A stretch of DNA of 64,000 bases, taken from the NCBI GenBank assembly GCA_934149365.1, contig CAKPEI010000001.1, positions 12,723-76,722 on the forward strand, read 5' to 3'. A model generated the notes under the pieces. The model saw only the letters and a list, made by a program, of their open reading frames with translations, did no database searches and was not told where the DNA came from. This document shows positions 8,658 to 19,472 of this stretch, piece after piece. A program made the translations under genes and the position numbers. Position 1 is the stretch's first letter. Each line of letters opens with the position of its first letter. The stretch is from an uncultured Clostridia bacterium. Lineage in GTDB: Bacteria; Bacillota; Clostridia; TANB77; CAG-465.

Positions 8658-9830
8658 CTAATCTCTTACTCCAAGATAGTAAGTCGTTTTTTCTGCTTTA
8701 CCATCTTTTGCAATTCTAGATAAGTTTTCAAAAACACTTTCAATATCACTAGTTTTTACATCCCTACCACCTAGACCATAAATGTAATTTACAGCTGGAA
8801 CGTGAATATTTTTTGAGTAAAGAGCACTAGTAACTTCTGAAAATAGAGGACCAGAAAAGCCGTTACAACTATCTGCTTTGTCCATTATAGCTAAAGCTTT
8901 AACATTTTTAATACTTTCTGCTAATTCATCTACAGGCAAAGGTCTAAAAGCTCGAGGTTTTACAAGACCTGCTTTAATTCCATTAGCTCTTAGATTATCT
9001 ACAACATCCTTTGCAGTTCCAGCGGTGGAGTTAAGTACGACAACAGCAACATCAGTATCATCCATTTTATATTTTTCTATTAAATCATACTTTCTTCCAG
9101 AGATTTTTTCGAATTCTTTTGACACTTTGTTAATAATTTCTTTGCTATCTTTTATAGCATCAGCAAGTTGCTTTCTATGTTCAAAGAAATAGTTTTGTAA
9201 GTCTAGTGGTCCCATTGATATATATTCTTCAGGATTTAACAAATAATGTTCCGGTTTATATTCACCAACAAATTCTTTTACCACATCATCTTCTAAAAGT
9301 TCTATATTTTCTACGGAGTGAGATGTTATAAATCCATCGTAGCAAACCATCACAGGCAGCATAGCAGTTTCGGCTATTTTTACAGCCATAATTAAATTAT
9401 CATATGCTTCTTGGTTTGATTCACAGTATAATTGAATAAAACCACAATCTCTTGCACCCATTGAATCAGAATGGTCATTATGTATATTTATTGGAGTTGA
9501 TACAGCTCTATTTACGCAAGTTAAAACAATAGGAAGTCTCATACCACTTGCTATGTATAACATTTCATACATAAGTGATAAACCTTGTGAGGAAGTTGCA
9601 CTCATGACTCTAGCTCCAGCTGCTGATGCACCAATACATGCAGACATAGCACTGTGCTCACTTTCTACTGGTATAAATTCTGTGTCTACAGAACCATTTG
9701 CAATAAAATTAGAAAAATATTGCGGTATTTCAGTAGATGGTGTTATAGGGTAGGCAGGAACAACGTCAGGGTTTATTTGTTTCATAGCAAATGCTACAGC
9801 TTCATTTCCACTTAATCTTTCTCTAATCAT
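8658..9830 (-). CDS. 2-oxoacid:ferredoxin oxidoreductase alpha subunit
   Basis: 390 aa. Characteristic porA/vorB-like sequence. Confidence 0.8.
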   Translation of the reverse strand: MIRERLSGNEAVAFAMKQINPDVVPAYPITPSTEIPQYFSNFIANGSVDTEFIPVESEHSAMSACIGASAAGARVMSATSSQGLSLMYEMLYIASGMRLPIVLTCVNRAVSTPINIHNDHSDSMGARDCGFIQLYCESNQEAYDNLIMAVKIAETAMLPVMVCYDGFITSHSVENIELLEDDVVKEFVGEYKPEHYLLNPEEYISMGPLDLQNYFFEHRKQLADAIKDSKEIINKVSKEFEKISGRKYDLIEKYKMDDTDVAVVVLNSTAGTAKDVVDNLRANGIKAGLVKPRAFRPLPVDELAESIKNVKALAIMDKADSCNGFSGPLFSEVTSALYSKNIHVPAVNYIYGLGGRDVKTSDIESVFENLSRIAKDGKAEKTTYYLGVRD

Positions 9831-9843
9831 AATAATCTCCTTT

Positions 9844-10128
9844 TTATTCTTCTTTCATTTCTATAGCTTTAAAAGGGCATACCTTTGCACATACGCCACA
9901 ACCTTTACATTTATCATAGTCAAAGCCCAACATTTTATCGTTTTCATCATGTAATATTGCATTGTCAGGGCAGGGCATAACGCAAAGCATACAGTGTTTA
10001 CATTTTTCATCTAAATGTATAGGCTTTTTATTTCGCCATTTTCCAGTATTAAATAGTTCAGAATTACCATCTTGTAATATATTGCCACCAATTGGTAAAT
10101 CTTTAGCACTCATTTTGTCGTTTATCAT
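9844..10128 (-). CDS. 2-oxoacid:ferredoxin oxidoreductase delta subunit (2x[4Fe-4S] ferredoxin)
   Basis: Two CxxCxxCxxxCP motifs. Confidence 0.8.
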   Translation of the reverse strand: MINDKMSAKDLPIGGNILQDGNSELFNTGKWRNKKPIHLDEKCKHCMLCVMPCPDNAILHDENDKMLGFDYDKCKGCGVCAKVCPFKAIEMKEE

Positions 10129-10129
10129 T

Positions 10130-10702
10130 TTAGTTACCTCCTTTAACTTCTTGCCATGCTCTTCTTACAGCTTCCATATTTGGCTCTATTACATCAGGTT
10201 TTTTTGCAAATTTATGTTTAAAGGAAGCTAACATGTTTTTCTCTAAATCTTCTTTACTCATTATGTTTGTTATTTTTATAACGGCAGAAAGTAGAGAAGT
10301 GTTAGGAAAATTTGCACCTAAACAGTCTAAGCTTATTTTCGAGGCATCTATAGTGTAAATATTACCAGAGTAATTTGGTAAATTTTTTTTAATTTCACTT
10401 TCTCCTAAATTTGTATTTATTATTAAGGCTCCATTTTCTTTTAGTCCGTTTGTGACATCTACAGTAGAAAGTAGGGTGTCATCAACTACGACAACATAAT
10501 CTGGCTCATAAATATTAGAGTGATTTCTAATTGGTTTATCACTTATTCTGTTGTAAGCAGTTATTGGAGCGCCCATTCTTTCTGGTCCATATTCAGGAAA
10601 GCCTTGAATGTATTTTCCTGTATTAAAAGCAATATCAGCAAGTAGTAAAGATGCAGTTTTAGCACCTTGGCCACCTCTTCCATGCCATCTTATCTCTATC
10701 AT
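10130..10702 (-). CDS. 2-oxoacid:ferredoxin oxidoreductase gamma subunit
   Basis: 190 aa. MIEIRWHGRGGQGAKTASLLLA is typical of the gamma subunit. Confidence 0.8.
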   Translation of the reverse strand: MIEIRWHGRGGQGAKTASLLLADIAFNTGKYIQGFPEYGPERMGAPITAYNRISDKPIRNHSNIYEPDYVVVVDDTLLSTVDVTNGLKENGALIINTNLGESEIKKNLPNYSGNIYTIDASKISLDCLGANFPNTSLLSAVIKITNIMSKEDLEKNMLASFKHKFAKKPDVIEPNMEAVRRAWQEVKGGN

Positions 10703-10825
10703 AATTACCTCCTTGTTAAATACTATTATGTTACTTAATAAGTATATAACTAATAGATATTTAAGTCAATAAAGAGGTATGAAAGATGACAAAATCAGAG
10801 CATTGTTTTGACAATTTTTTTAAAT

Positions 10826-10891
10826 AGTATTCACATAATGAATAAAAACGTGTATAATGAAAGCGGCGCTATTTAAGCGCCGCTCTTCGTA
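10826..10891 (+). promoter_or_regulatory. promoter-like TTCACA-17-TATAAT followed immediately by a GC-rich perfect hairpin (agcggcgct-attta-agcgccgct), upstream of comEC
   Basis: Read directly. The hairpin is a GC island within AT-rich intergenic DNA. Confidence 0.35.
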
Positions 10892-10939
10892 CACATTTTT
10901 CTATTATAAATTTTTATAAGGTCGGATTCGTAATTCTTG

Positions 10940-11095
10940 AAAAATCTCATCATTTAATTACTAAGTAAATCCAGAACCAAAAGTCCGCATATTTCATTTC
11001 CCCTTTGAACAGTTAAGTAAAATTTAAATTCATACTATGTTTTTTATTTACTAAGTAAATCCACAACTAAATCGCCGCAAAACATATCCTCCTTC
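10940..11095 (+). repeat. two diverged ~45-nt direct repeats (TTACTAAGTAAATCCA.AAC.AAA...CCGCA) in the comEC 5' region
   Basis: Copies at ~10944-10990 and ~11044-11090, about 80% identical. Confidence 0.5.
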
Positions 11096-11244
11096 TTTAA
11101 TATTCTAATACTAAAATGCCGCTGGAAAAAAATTAAATCTTATGATGATTTAATACAATCATAGGCTATTCCCTCCCATAAAAATTATTTTGTGGAGTAA
11201 TGTAGTTTTAAACTACATGCTTAGTATAACATAAAAAGATTAGT

Positions 11245-13491
11245 ATGTCAATAGTTAACATAAAAATATTGAAAGAAGGTGAAAAAATTAATAAAAAAGT
11301 TGTAACAATAGCTATATTAATATGTGTTTTAAATGTAATATATAAAATATATAGTTATTCATTTAAGTATAAATCAGATGAACAAAGTAAAATGTATGAA
11401 GTAATGGTTATAGAAAAACAAAAGCAGACTGATAATAAAGTAGTGTATTTATCAAAAATAGGAAAAGATAAGTTTTTACTTAATATATACTTTAAGAATA
11501 AGTATGGAGAAAATAATAACTTCACAGAAGAAGAAATTAAGCAAATACTTGCATATAATTATGGAGATCGTTTAAAAATTGAAGGAAAAATTACGATTTC
11601 AGAAGCTCTTGGTAATATTGGCGAGTTTGATTATAGAAAGTATTTAAATTCAAAAGGAATATATGGGACACTCGATGCGTATAAAGTTCAATATGTGGAA
11701 AACTATGCAGATAAATTAGGTAAAATTGTATATTTAGTGCGTGATAAAATATCAAATATATATACAAAAAACTTAGGTGAAAAACAAGCTGGTTTGCTTA
11801 AAGGAATGATATATGGTGATACTAGAAATTTAGATGATGAAATTAAAGAAGAATTTCAAAATATAGGAATAAGTCACATAACAGCAGTTTCTGGTTCTAA
11901 CTTAAACACTTTATTACTTATTATGGGAATAGTTATGTATAAATTTAATAAAAAGAGAATATATGTGATAATTCAAATAATTTGCATAGTTATGTTTTGT
12001 TTAATTTCAGGTTTAGAGCTTTCTGTTTTACGTGCTGGTATTATGACTACAATACTTATCATTGGAAAAATTAGAAATACAAAAATAAATATATTTAAAC
12101 TACTTTTAGTAACTTTTGCAATAATGATTTATATAAATCCATTTAGAATATTTAATGTTGGAATGATTATGTCCTTTTTATCTATAATTGGATTATCTTT
12201 GTTTAGTAAAAAGATATATAATTTTTTAGAAAGTAAAATTAAATGGAAAGTTAAAAACAAAAAGGTAGTTGGCATTCTTTGTAAAATAGCTAATGCAATT
12301 TCTATAACATTTGCTATAAATATAACCACACTTCCTATAACTATTTATTCATTTAACAGATTTTCTCTAATTAATGTTTTGTCTAATTTGTTAGTTTCAT
12401 TCTTATCTGATAGCATTTGTATATTAGGAATAATATCAGTTATATTAGTAAAAATTCCTTATCTATCAACAGGTATATTTTATACTTTGAATTTTCTAAT
12501 ATCTGCATTGATATATATTGCAAAATTTCTAGATAAAATCTCGTTTTTAATAAATCTTAAATCAATTCCGTTTTATATAATATTAATATATTATTTTTAC
12601 ATATTTGCTTTTTCTTTAAGCAAATATATTTTAACAAGTCATAAAAGGTTTGAAAGTGTGTATAAAAAGACAAGAAGAGGAATAGCTATATTGTTTATAT
12701 TTTGCATTTTATTTTGGCATATTAATATTATTTTCTTAGATAATTATGTGTATTTTTTTAATGTAGGACAAGGTGAAATGGCTTTAGTAAAAGAAAATAA
12801 CACATATGTAATGATTGATTGTGGTTCAATAACAAATGATACTTCGTATATATTTGATAGCTTTGCCAAAAAACAAAATATAAATAAAATAGATGTGATT
12901 ATACTTTCACATTTCCATAGTGATCATACAAATGGAATAGAAAAAATATTGGAGAAATATAAAGTTTCATATTGTATATACGCTTATCCTGCTAGTTTTG
13001 AAAATGAAGAATATATAAAAACTATGGAGGTTATTCAAAAGAATAATATTAAATGCATAGTTGTAAAAGAAAAGGACAATATAAAAATAAATAACATAGA
13101 TATAAGTGTTTTATCTCCTGGTCTTAGCTACGTTTATGGCAGAGATAATGATGAAAGTGAAAACATTAATTCTTTAGTTTTTAATTTAAATATTAGAAAA
13201 AAGAATTTTCTCTTTACAGGTGACAGCGTAGTAAGAAGTGAAACTAAAATACTTGAAAATATTAAGTACATGAGAATATCTAAATTTGATATTTTAAAAG
13301 TTGCACATCACGGTTCTAAAACTTCCACATCTGATAATTTTATTCAAAATATACTTCCTAAAGCTGCAATTATATCGTCTAAATACAAAGTATATAAACA
13401 CCCTAGTAAACAAACAATTAACATTCTAAATAGATATAATGTGATTACATATATAACAGAAAAGTGCGGTGGGATAAAATATATTATTTAA
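11245..13491 (+). CDS. comEC: DNA internalisation competence protein ComEC/Rec2 (competence domain plus metallo-beta-lactamase domain)
   Basis: 748 aa polytopic membrane protein. C-terminal HFHSDH MBL motif. Confidence 0.8.
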   Translation: MSIVNIKILKEGEKINKKVVTIAILICVLNVIYKIYSYSFKYKSDEQSKMYEVMVIEKQKQTDNKVVYLSKIGKDKFLLNIYFKNKYGENNNFTEEEIKQILAYNYGDRLKIEGKITISEALGNIGEFDYRKYLNSKGIYGTLDAYKVQYVENYADKLGKIVYLVRDKISNIYTKNLGEKQAGLLKGMIYGDTRNLDDEIKEEFQNIGISHITAVSGSNLNTLLLIMGIVMYKFNKKRIYVIIQIICIVMFCLISGLELSVLRAGIMTTILIIGKIRNTKINIFKLLLVTFAIMIYINPFRIFNVGMIMSFLSIIGLSLFSKKIYNFLESKIKWKVKNKKVVGILCKIANAISITFAINITTLPITIYSFNRFSLINVLSNLLVSFLSDSICILGIISVILVKIPYLSTGIFYTLNFLISALIYIAKFLDKISFLINLKSIPFYIILIYYFYIFAFSLSKYILTSHKRFESVYKKTRRGIAILFIFCILFWHINIIFLDNYVYFFNVGQGEMALVKENNTYVMIDCGSITNDTSYIFDSFAKKQNINKIDVIILSHFHSDHTNGIEKILEKYKVSYCIYAYPASFENEEYIKTMEVIQKNNIKCIVVKEKDNIKINNIDISVLSPGLSYVYGRDNDESENINSLVFNLNIRKKNFLFTGDSVVRSETKILENIKYMRISKFDILKVAHHGSKTSTSDNFIQNILPKAAIISSKYKVYKHPSKQTINILNRYNVITYITEKCGGIKYII

Positions 13492-13575
13492 TGTAAAAAA
13501 ATGTATAAAATGAATATTTAACCAATTATTTACAAACACTATAGTTGTGAATAAAAAGGTTAGGTGAAATAAGTT

Positions 13576-14178
13576 ATGGAAGATAGAAAGAAACTATATC
13601 AAGTTTTTGTTATTGTTACTATGTTAGTATTATTAACAGGTGGCATATTTATTGGAATGGCAATATCTAAAAACGATGTCGAAAATGAAAACGAAAATGC
13701 AAATATTCAGGATAAAGTAGAAGAAGTTAGTAACAAGAATATTGAAGTGTATAATAAGGTGTACGATGATAAAGAGGAAGATGTGCAAATTGTATATGTA
13801 GACATATATAAAGATTGTAATCATAGAGAAGAAAATAAAAGTAATGAATATGGTGTGAATTTTGAAAATGTTAAAGAAAGAGAATTAAGTAAAATTGAAA
13901 AAGAAAAAAGCGGGTATAAAATGGTAAAATCTGAAGATGGAGTATTAATGTTTGAAAAAGTATATGATTGCAAATGTCAAAATCATTATATGCTAAAATT
14001 TGATGGAGAAGTAGTTGCTATATATAGATACAATGAAAATGGTGAGTATGAGAAATACCAAGATACAGATATACAAAAAGAAGGAATAAGACCGGACTTA
14101 TCTTTTAGGTTATCAGAGGGAATAGAAGCAGAAACATTAGAAGAATTATATATGTTTTTAGAAGAACTTGAAAGTTAA
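13576..14178 (+). CDS. hypothetical membrane-anchored protein
   Basis: RBS AGGTGA. N-terminal transmembrane segment. 200 aa. Confidence 0.6.
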   Translation: MEDRKKLYQVFVIVTMLVLLTGGIFIGMAISKNDVENENENANIQDKVEEVSNKNIEVYNKVYDDKEEDVQIVYVDIYKDCNHREENKSNEYGVNFENVKERELSKIEKEKSGYKMVKSEDGVLMFEKVYDCKCQNHYMLKFDGEVVAIYRYNENGEYEKYQDTDIQKEGIRPDLSFRLSEGIEAETLEELYMFLEELES

Positions 14179-14234
14179 ATATTGTAATATGGCATTTCCT
14201 GTGAGATAATAGCTATAGTTAGGAAGTGTTAAAA

Positions 14235-14534
14235 ATGGGATTAAAAGAAATTCAAAAAGAAGTGTATCAAAACAAAGTAAATAAGGGTTTTAATATAACA
14301 AATGTAGATAAAGAATTCTGTCTGCTATATGGTGAAGTTGCGGAAGCTTTTGAAGCATATAGAAAGAAAAAATCTGATTTAGGAGAAGAACTTGCAGATG
14401 TTGCAATATATCTTTTAGGTTTATCTGAAATACTAGGTATAGAGTTGCAAGATGAGATAGAAAAGAAGATGAAGAAGAACGAAAAAAGAGTATATAAAAA
14501 AATAGATGGAGTTACTACAAGAATTAGCGATTAA
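14235..14534 (+). CDS. small MazG-like nucleotide pyrophosphohydrolase
   Basis: EVAEAFEAYRK...EELADVAIYLL motif pair. ATG at 14235 preferred, with RBS AGGAAGTG. Confidence 0.6.
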   Translation: MGLKEIQKEVYQNKVNKGFNITNVDKEFCLLYGEVAEAFEAYRKKKSDLGEELADVAIYLLGLSEILGIELQDEIEKKMKKNEKRVYKKIDGVTTRISD

Positions 14535-14636
14535 AGGGATGGATGACATATTAATTGACATAACAGTGACAAAATGATATAATATTACTGTAGGCGAAAT
14601 TTATCCTATAATAATTATTAAAAGGAGACTAGTAGT

Positions 14637-15557
14637 ATGAACGTTGTTATTGTAATTATCGGTTTGGTTTTGCTTGTTGGAGGTATCTGCCTTGCAATAT
14701 TTAAACATGTTGATGAAGGCCAGTGCCCTTGGTGGAGCAAACTTGCTATTGTGCTTGGTTTGGTTTTATCCTTGATCGGAGCATCGTTTCAAATTATTCC
14801 TACTGGTTACAGCGGGGTAAAAACAACATTTGGACAGATTTCAAGTGAAGTTTTACCTCGGGGATTTAATTTTAAGATTCCTTTTGTGCAGAGCATAAGA
14901 ACTGTAAATAATAAGCAGCAGGACAAATTGATTGAAACGCAAATTTGGGGAGAAACAATAGAAAAGACACCGGTGTATGCAAGTGAAACAATTGTCACTT
15001 ATCAGATTATGCCAGATGCAGCAGCATGGATATTTTCAAATGTTTCAAACCCGGATGAGGTTATCACAGAGTCACTTGTGGCTTCGGCGGAAAAATCAGC
15101 TATGGTAGAACTTTCGGCAAATGAGGTTACTAATCGTTCTAAGATAGAACCTTTAACAAAAGAAAAGCTCGCAAGTTCAATAGCTGAGAAATATGGTGAA
15201 GGCAAGATAACTATAGTCAAGGTCGTTATAAATCAAATGGACTTTGAAGAAGCATATAACCAGGCTATTGCAGAAAAATCCATAGCTCAGCAAAAGCAAG
15301 AAAAACAGGAAATTGAAAACAAAACGGCTGTTGCAAAGGCAGAAGCAGATAAAAAGGTAACAATTACAAATGCTGAAGCAAAAGCAGAGTCTACTCGTAT
15401 TTCAGCAGAAGCAGAGGCAAATGCGAACAAGTTGTTACAAGAATCACTTACGGATCCTATTTTGAAATCTAAATTTTACGAAAAATGGGATGGCAAGCTT
15501 CCTCAGGTCATGGGGGAAAAAGCAACAATTGCTAACATAGCTGCAGAAGCTAACTAA
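14637..15557 (+). CDS. SPFH/band-7 (prohibitin-like) family membrane protein
   Basis: N-terminal transmembrane segment, SPFH domain, coiled-coil tail. 306 aa. Confidence 0.7.
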   Translation: MNVVIVIIGLVLLVGGICLAIFKHVDEGQCPWWSKLAIVLGLVLSLIGASFQIIPTGYSGVKTTFGQISSEVLPRGFNFKIPFVQSIRTVNNKQQDKLIETQIWGETIEKTPVYASETIVTYQIMPDAAAWIFSNVSNPDEVITESLVASAEKSAMVELSANEVTNRSKIEPLTKEKLASSIAEKYGEGKITIVKVVINQMDFEEAYNQAIAEKSIAQQKQEKQEIENKTAVAKAEADKKVTITNAEAKAESTRISAEAEANANKLLQESLTDPILKSKFYEKWDGKLPQVMGEKATIANIAAEAN

Positions 15558-15670
15558 ATTTGAAAGAATGTCCTAAATTTTAGGGCATTCTTTTATGCAA
15601 ATAATTGATTTTTAAGCGGGTATATAATATAATATCTAAGTAGAAATGAAACTTTTATGGAGGAAATTGA

Positions 15671-17443
15671 ATGGAGAAACTTAATTTAAGAGATAAATAT
15701 ATAGAATTTTTTGAAAGTAAAAATCACGTTAAGATACCGTCTGCACCAGTAGTGCCAGAAAATGATCCTTCGGTTCTTTTTAATACTGCAGGAATGCAAC
15801 CACTTGTTCCATATTTAACTGGACAAGATCATCCATATGGAAAAAGACTTTGTGATTATCAAAAATGCGTTAGGACAAATGACCTAGACAGTGTAGGTGA
15901 TACTACACACCATACATTTTTTGAAATGCTTGGAAATTGGTCACTTGGAGATTACTTTAAAAAAGATGCAGTTGCATATAGCTTTGAATTTCTAACAAAA
16001 TGGCTTAATATACCAGTAGAGAGATTAGCAGTTACTGTTTTTAGAGGAAATGATTTAGTTGAAGCAGATAACGAAACAGCTGGCTATTGGAGAGAAGCTG
16101 GAATATCAGACAAAAGAATAAAATTTATGGGTGAGGATGACAACTGGTGGCCTAATATGGAACTTACTGGACCTTGCGGACCAGACACAGAAATATTCTA
16201 TTTTAGAAGCAATGATGAAATTCCAGAAGAATTTGACCCTGAAGATGATAGATGGGTAGAAATTTGGAATAATGTATTTATGCAATATATGCATGAAGAT
16301 GATGGCTCTTTTTCAGAATTAAAAAGGAAAAATGTTGATACTGGAATGGGAATGGAAAGAGTTACAGCAATACTTGAAGGTGTAAATGACAACTATATGT
16401 CTTCTATTTGGAAAGATATAATAGAAAAGATAGAAGAAATATCTGGTTTACCATATGAAGGTAACGAAAAAGCAATGAGAGTTATAGCAGACCATTTAAG
16501 ATGTGCTGTGTTTATAAGTGCAGACCCAGCTGGTATTAAACCTTCTAATACAGATCAAGGCTACATTTTAAGAAGATTAATAAGAAGAGTAATACGTTAT
16601 GCAAGAAATTTAAATATAGACATAAATAGTGATTGGGAAAGAGAAATAGCTCTTTTGATAATGTCAAAATATGAGAACTACTATTCTGAAATTAAAGAAA
16701 ATAAAGAAGTTGTTCTTGAAGTTTTAAAAAGCGAAAAAATTAAGTTTAATAAAACCTTAGAAACAGGTTTAAAAGAATTTTCAAAAATATCTGAAAACCT
16801 AAAAAGACAAGGAATAAATAAACTAAATGGTAAGACTATATTTAGACTATATGATACATTTGGATTTCCACCAGAAGTTACAAAGGAACTTGCAGAAGAG
16901 GCGGAATTTGAGTGTGATATGGAGGGCTTTGAAAAATTCTTTAAGGAGCACCAGGAAAAATCTAGACAAGGTGCTGAGCAAAAATTCAAAGGTGGTTTAG
17001 CAGATCATTCAGAACAAACAATTAAATATCATACAGCAACACATTTACTTAATGCGGCATTAAAAATTGTTGTTGGTAAAGATGTTCATCAAAAAGGTTC
17101 AAATATTACTACAGAAAGAATGAGATTTGATTTTTCTTGTGACCATAAGCTTACTGATGATGAGAAAAAACAAACTGAGGATTTGGTTAATAAATGGATA
17201 GAAGAAGGTCTGGATGTAACAGTTGCTGAAATGAAAAAAGAAGATGCAATTAAATCTGGAGCTGAATGTATGTTTGTTGAAAAATATCCTGATGTTGTAA
17301 CTGTTTATACAATTGGAGATGTTTCAAAAGAATTATGTGGTGGACCACATGTGAAGAACACAAAAGAGTTAGGACACTTTAAGATAAAGAAAGAAGAAGC
17401 TAGCTCTGCAGGAGTAAGAAGAATTAAGGCTATATTAGAATAG
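15671..17443 (+). CDS. alanine--tRNA ligase-like protein (catalytic plus editing domains, lacking the C-terminal C-Ala domain)
   Basis: N-terminus matches the AlaRS class II core (FNTAGMQP..., GNWSLGDYF). HTATHLLN...CGGPHV editing motifs. Only 590 aa. Confidence 0.7.
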   Translation: MEKLNLRDKYIEFFESKNHVKIPSAPVVPENDPSVLFNTAGMQPLVPYLTGQDHPYGKRLCDYQKCVRTNDLDSVGDTTHHTFFEMLGNWSLGDYFKKDAVAYSFEFLTKWLNIPVERLAVTVFRGNDLVEADNETAGYWREAGISDKRIKFMGEDDNWWPNMELTGPCGPDTEIFYFRSNDEIPEEFDPEDDRWVEIWNNVFMQYMHEDDGSFSELKRKNVDTGMGMERVTAILEGVNDNYMSSIWKDIIEKIEEISGLPYEGNEKAMRVIADHLRCAVFISADPAGIKPSNTDQGYILRRLIRRVIRYARNLNIDINSDWEREIALLIMSKYENYYSEIKENKEVVLEVLKSEKIKFNKTLETGLKEFSKISENLKRQGINKLNGKTIFRLYDTFGFPPEVTKELAEEAEFECDMEGFEKFFKEHQEKSRQGAEQKFKGGLADHSEQTIKYHTATHLLNAALKIVVGKDVHQKGSNITTERMRFDFSCDHKLTDDEKKQTEDLVNKWIEEGLDVTVAEMKKEDAIKSGAECMFVEKYPDVVTVYTIGDVSKELCGGPHVKNTKELGHFKIKKEEASSAGVRRIKAILE

Positions 17444-17802
<359 letters not shown>

Positions 17803-17803
<1 letters not shown>

Positions 17804-18723
17804 TGGTAAGACTTATTATTGCTAACCCATATGCTGGAAACAAAAGAGGAAGTAAATATGCCAGGACAATGGAAAAGGTATTTGACAATTTAAAAAAAGA
17901 AGGTAGTTGTCAAAATGATAATATTTTCATTGAGTTTACAGAATATATAGGACATGCTACTGAAATAGTTTTAGAATATGGTATTATGTATAGACATGAT
18001 ACTGTGGTTGTATACTGTATTGGTGGGGATGGTACTGTTTCAGAGATTGCTACAGCAATTAATGGAAAAGACAATATGTCTATGGTAGTAATTCCAAAAG
18101 GTACGGGAAATGATTTTTCTAAGGCAATAAACTCATATAACAGTATTAGGAAATTAGTTAAAACTAGTTTGACTAAAAATCCAGAAAAAGTTGATTGCAT
18201 AGAGGTCAAAAATAAAGTAGTTACTAATATGATAAATACTGGCATAGATGCTGCAATAGTAGCAAATTTAAGGTATTTTAGAAAGATCCCTTTTATATCT
18301 GGAAAAATGAAGTATAAATTATCTATACTATATACTGTATTTACGCCTAAAATATATAACATGAAGATAAGAGTAGATGATAAAGTATATAAAGGGAAGT
18401 ATACTTTAGTTGCTATTGGAAATAATAAATACTGTGGTGGAGGCGTAAATATTTTACCTAATGCCAATATTCAGGATGGTATGTTAGATGTATGTATTGT
18501 TAAGAATACTACATTACTTCAAAAGATAATGTATTTACCAAAAATTACAAAGGGAAAACATGAAAATTTAGCAATAGTAAAGATACTAAGAGGGAAGAAT
18601 ATATCTGTAGCTTCTAATAGAAAATTACCTGTAAGTTTTGATGGAGAAGTTCAATATATTAAAGGCTTTAGAGCAAAAATATCTGAAAAGTCACTTAATG
18701 TTATAAAAACACTTGACAAATAA
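17803..18723 (+). CDS. diacylglycerol/lipid kinase family protein (DagK/YegS-like)
   Basis: GGDGT motif (VVYCIGGDGTVSE). 306 aa. Start overlaps the upstream stop. Confidence 0.8.
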
Positions 18724-18752
18724 CATAAAATTTTGTAAAATAAATAGTGCGT

Positions 18753-18830
18753 GGTGGGTATAGCTCAGTTGGTTAGAGCGCTGGTTTGTGGCACCAGAGG
18801 TCATGGGTTCGAATCCCATTACCCACCCCA
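18753..18830 (+). tRNA. tRNA-His (anticodon GTG) with G-1
   Basis: Cloverleaf folded by eye: acceptor GTGGGTA/TACCCAC, anticodon stem CTGGT/ACCAG, loop TTGTGGC, encoded CCA. Confidence 0.85.
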
Positions 18831-18843
18831 CTAAAACAAATAT

Positions 18844-18918
18844 TGGGATGTAGCCAAGCGGTAAGGCACCACACTTTGACTGTGGCATTCGTTGGTTCGA
18901 ATCCAGCCATCCCAGCCA
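18844..18918 (+). tRNA. tRNA-Gln (anticodon TTG)
   Basis: Acceptor TGGGATG/CATCCCA, anticodon stem CCACA/TGTGG, loop CTTTGAC, encoded CCA. Confidence 0.8.
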
Positions 18919-19010
18919 ATTATTAATCTTGGAAGACCTTTATGTAGAGGAATTTCAAGTTTTTTTATGCAAAGTGTTAAAATTTAGAAGTAGTTAAGAG
19001 GTGTAAAAAA

Positions 19011-19433
19011 ATGAACAAAGAAGAAATAGAAGTTAAATATGAGATAAATGCAGAAGATTTTTGCAAAATAAGAGAAAGTCTAAAATGGAACAAGTTAGAT
19101 GAAAAACAGGTAGAAAAAGCCATAAATAATTCTATGATAAATATATCTGTAATGTGTAATGGCAAATGTGTTGGAGTAGGTAGAATTGTAGGAGACTCTG
19201 TTTTAAAAGGGATGCTTACGGATATAATGGTAATGAAAGAATATCAGGGAAAAGGTATAGGCAAATTAATTGTAACAGGTTTATTAAACAAACTGGATGA
19301 ATGGGTAAAAGAAGGAGAAGCTTTTCAATTAGAGGCTAATCCTACATTTGGAAATAGAGAATTCTATATTAAATGTGGGATGAAATACAAACCACAAAAT
19401 CAAGATGGTGTATATATTTGGATAAATAGATAA
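19011..19433 (+). CDS. GNAT-family N-acetyltransferase
   Basis: Acetyl-CoA binding motif QGKGIGKLIV. 140 aa. Confidence 0.8.
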   Translation: MNKEEIEVKYEINAEDFCKIRESLKWNKLDEKQVEKAINNSMINISVMCNGKCVGVGRIVGDSVLKGMLTDIMVMKEYQGKGIGKLIVTGLLNKLDEWVKEGEAFQLEANPTFGNREFYIKCGMKYKPQNQDGVYIWINR

Positions 19434-19435
19434 AA

Positions 19436-19471
19436 AAGTCAGCTGGAAAATTAATTCCAGCTGATACTTTG
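19436..19471. terminator. bidirectional terminator
   Basis: Hairpin cagctgga-aaattaat-tccagctg with flanking A/T runs. Confidence 0.55.
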
Positions 19472-19472
19472 T

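Noticed and set aside
10940-11095. Possible CRISPR array (two 45-nt repeats) and the dinucleotide tracts as CRISPR-like repeats
   Set aside because: Only two copies, ~80% identical, no regular spacer structure, no cas genes. The CA/GA tracts are simple microsatellites.
18691-18888. 65-aa minus-strand ORF
   Set aside because: Entirely overlaps tRNA-His and tRNA-Gln on the plus strand.
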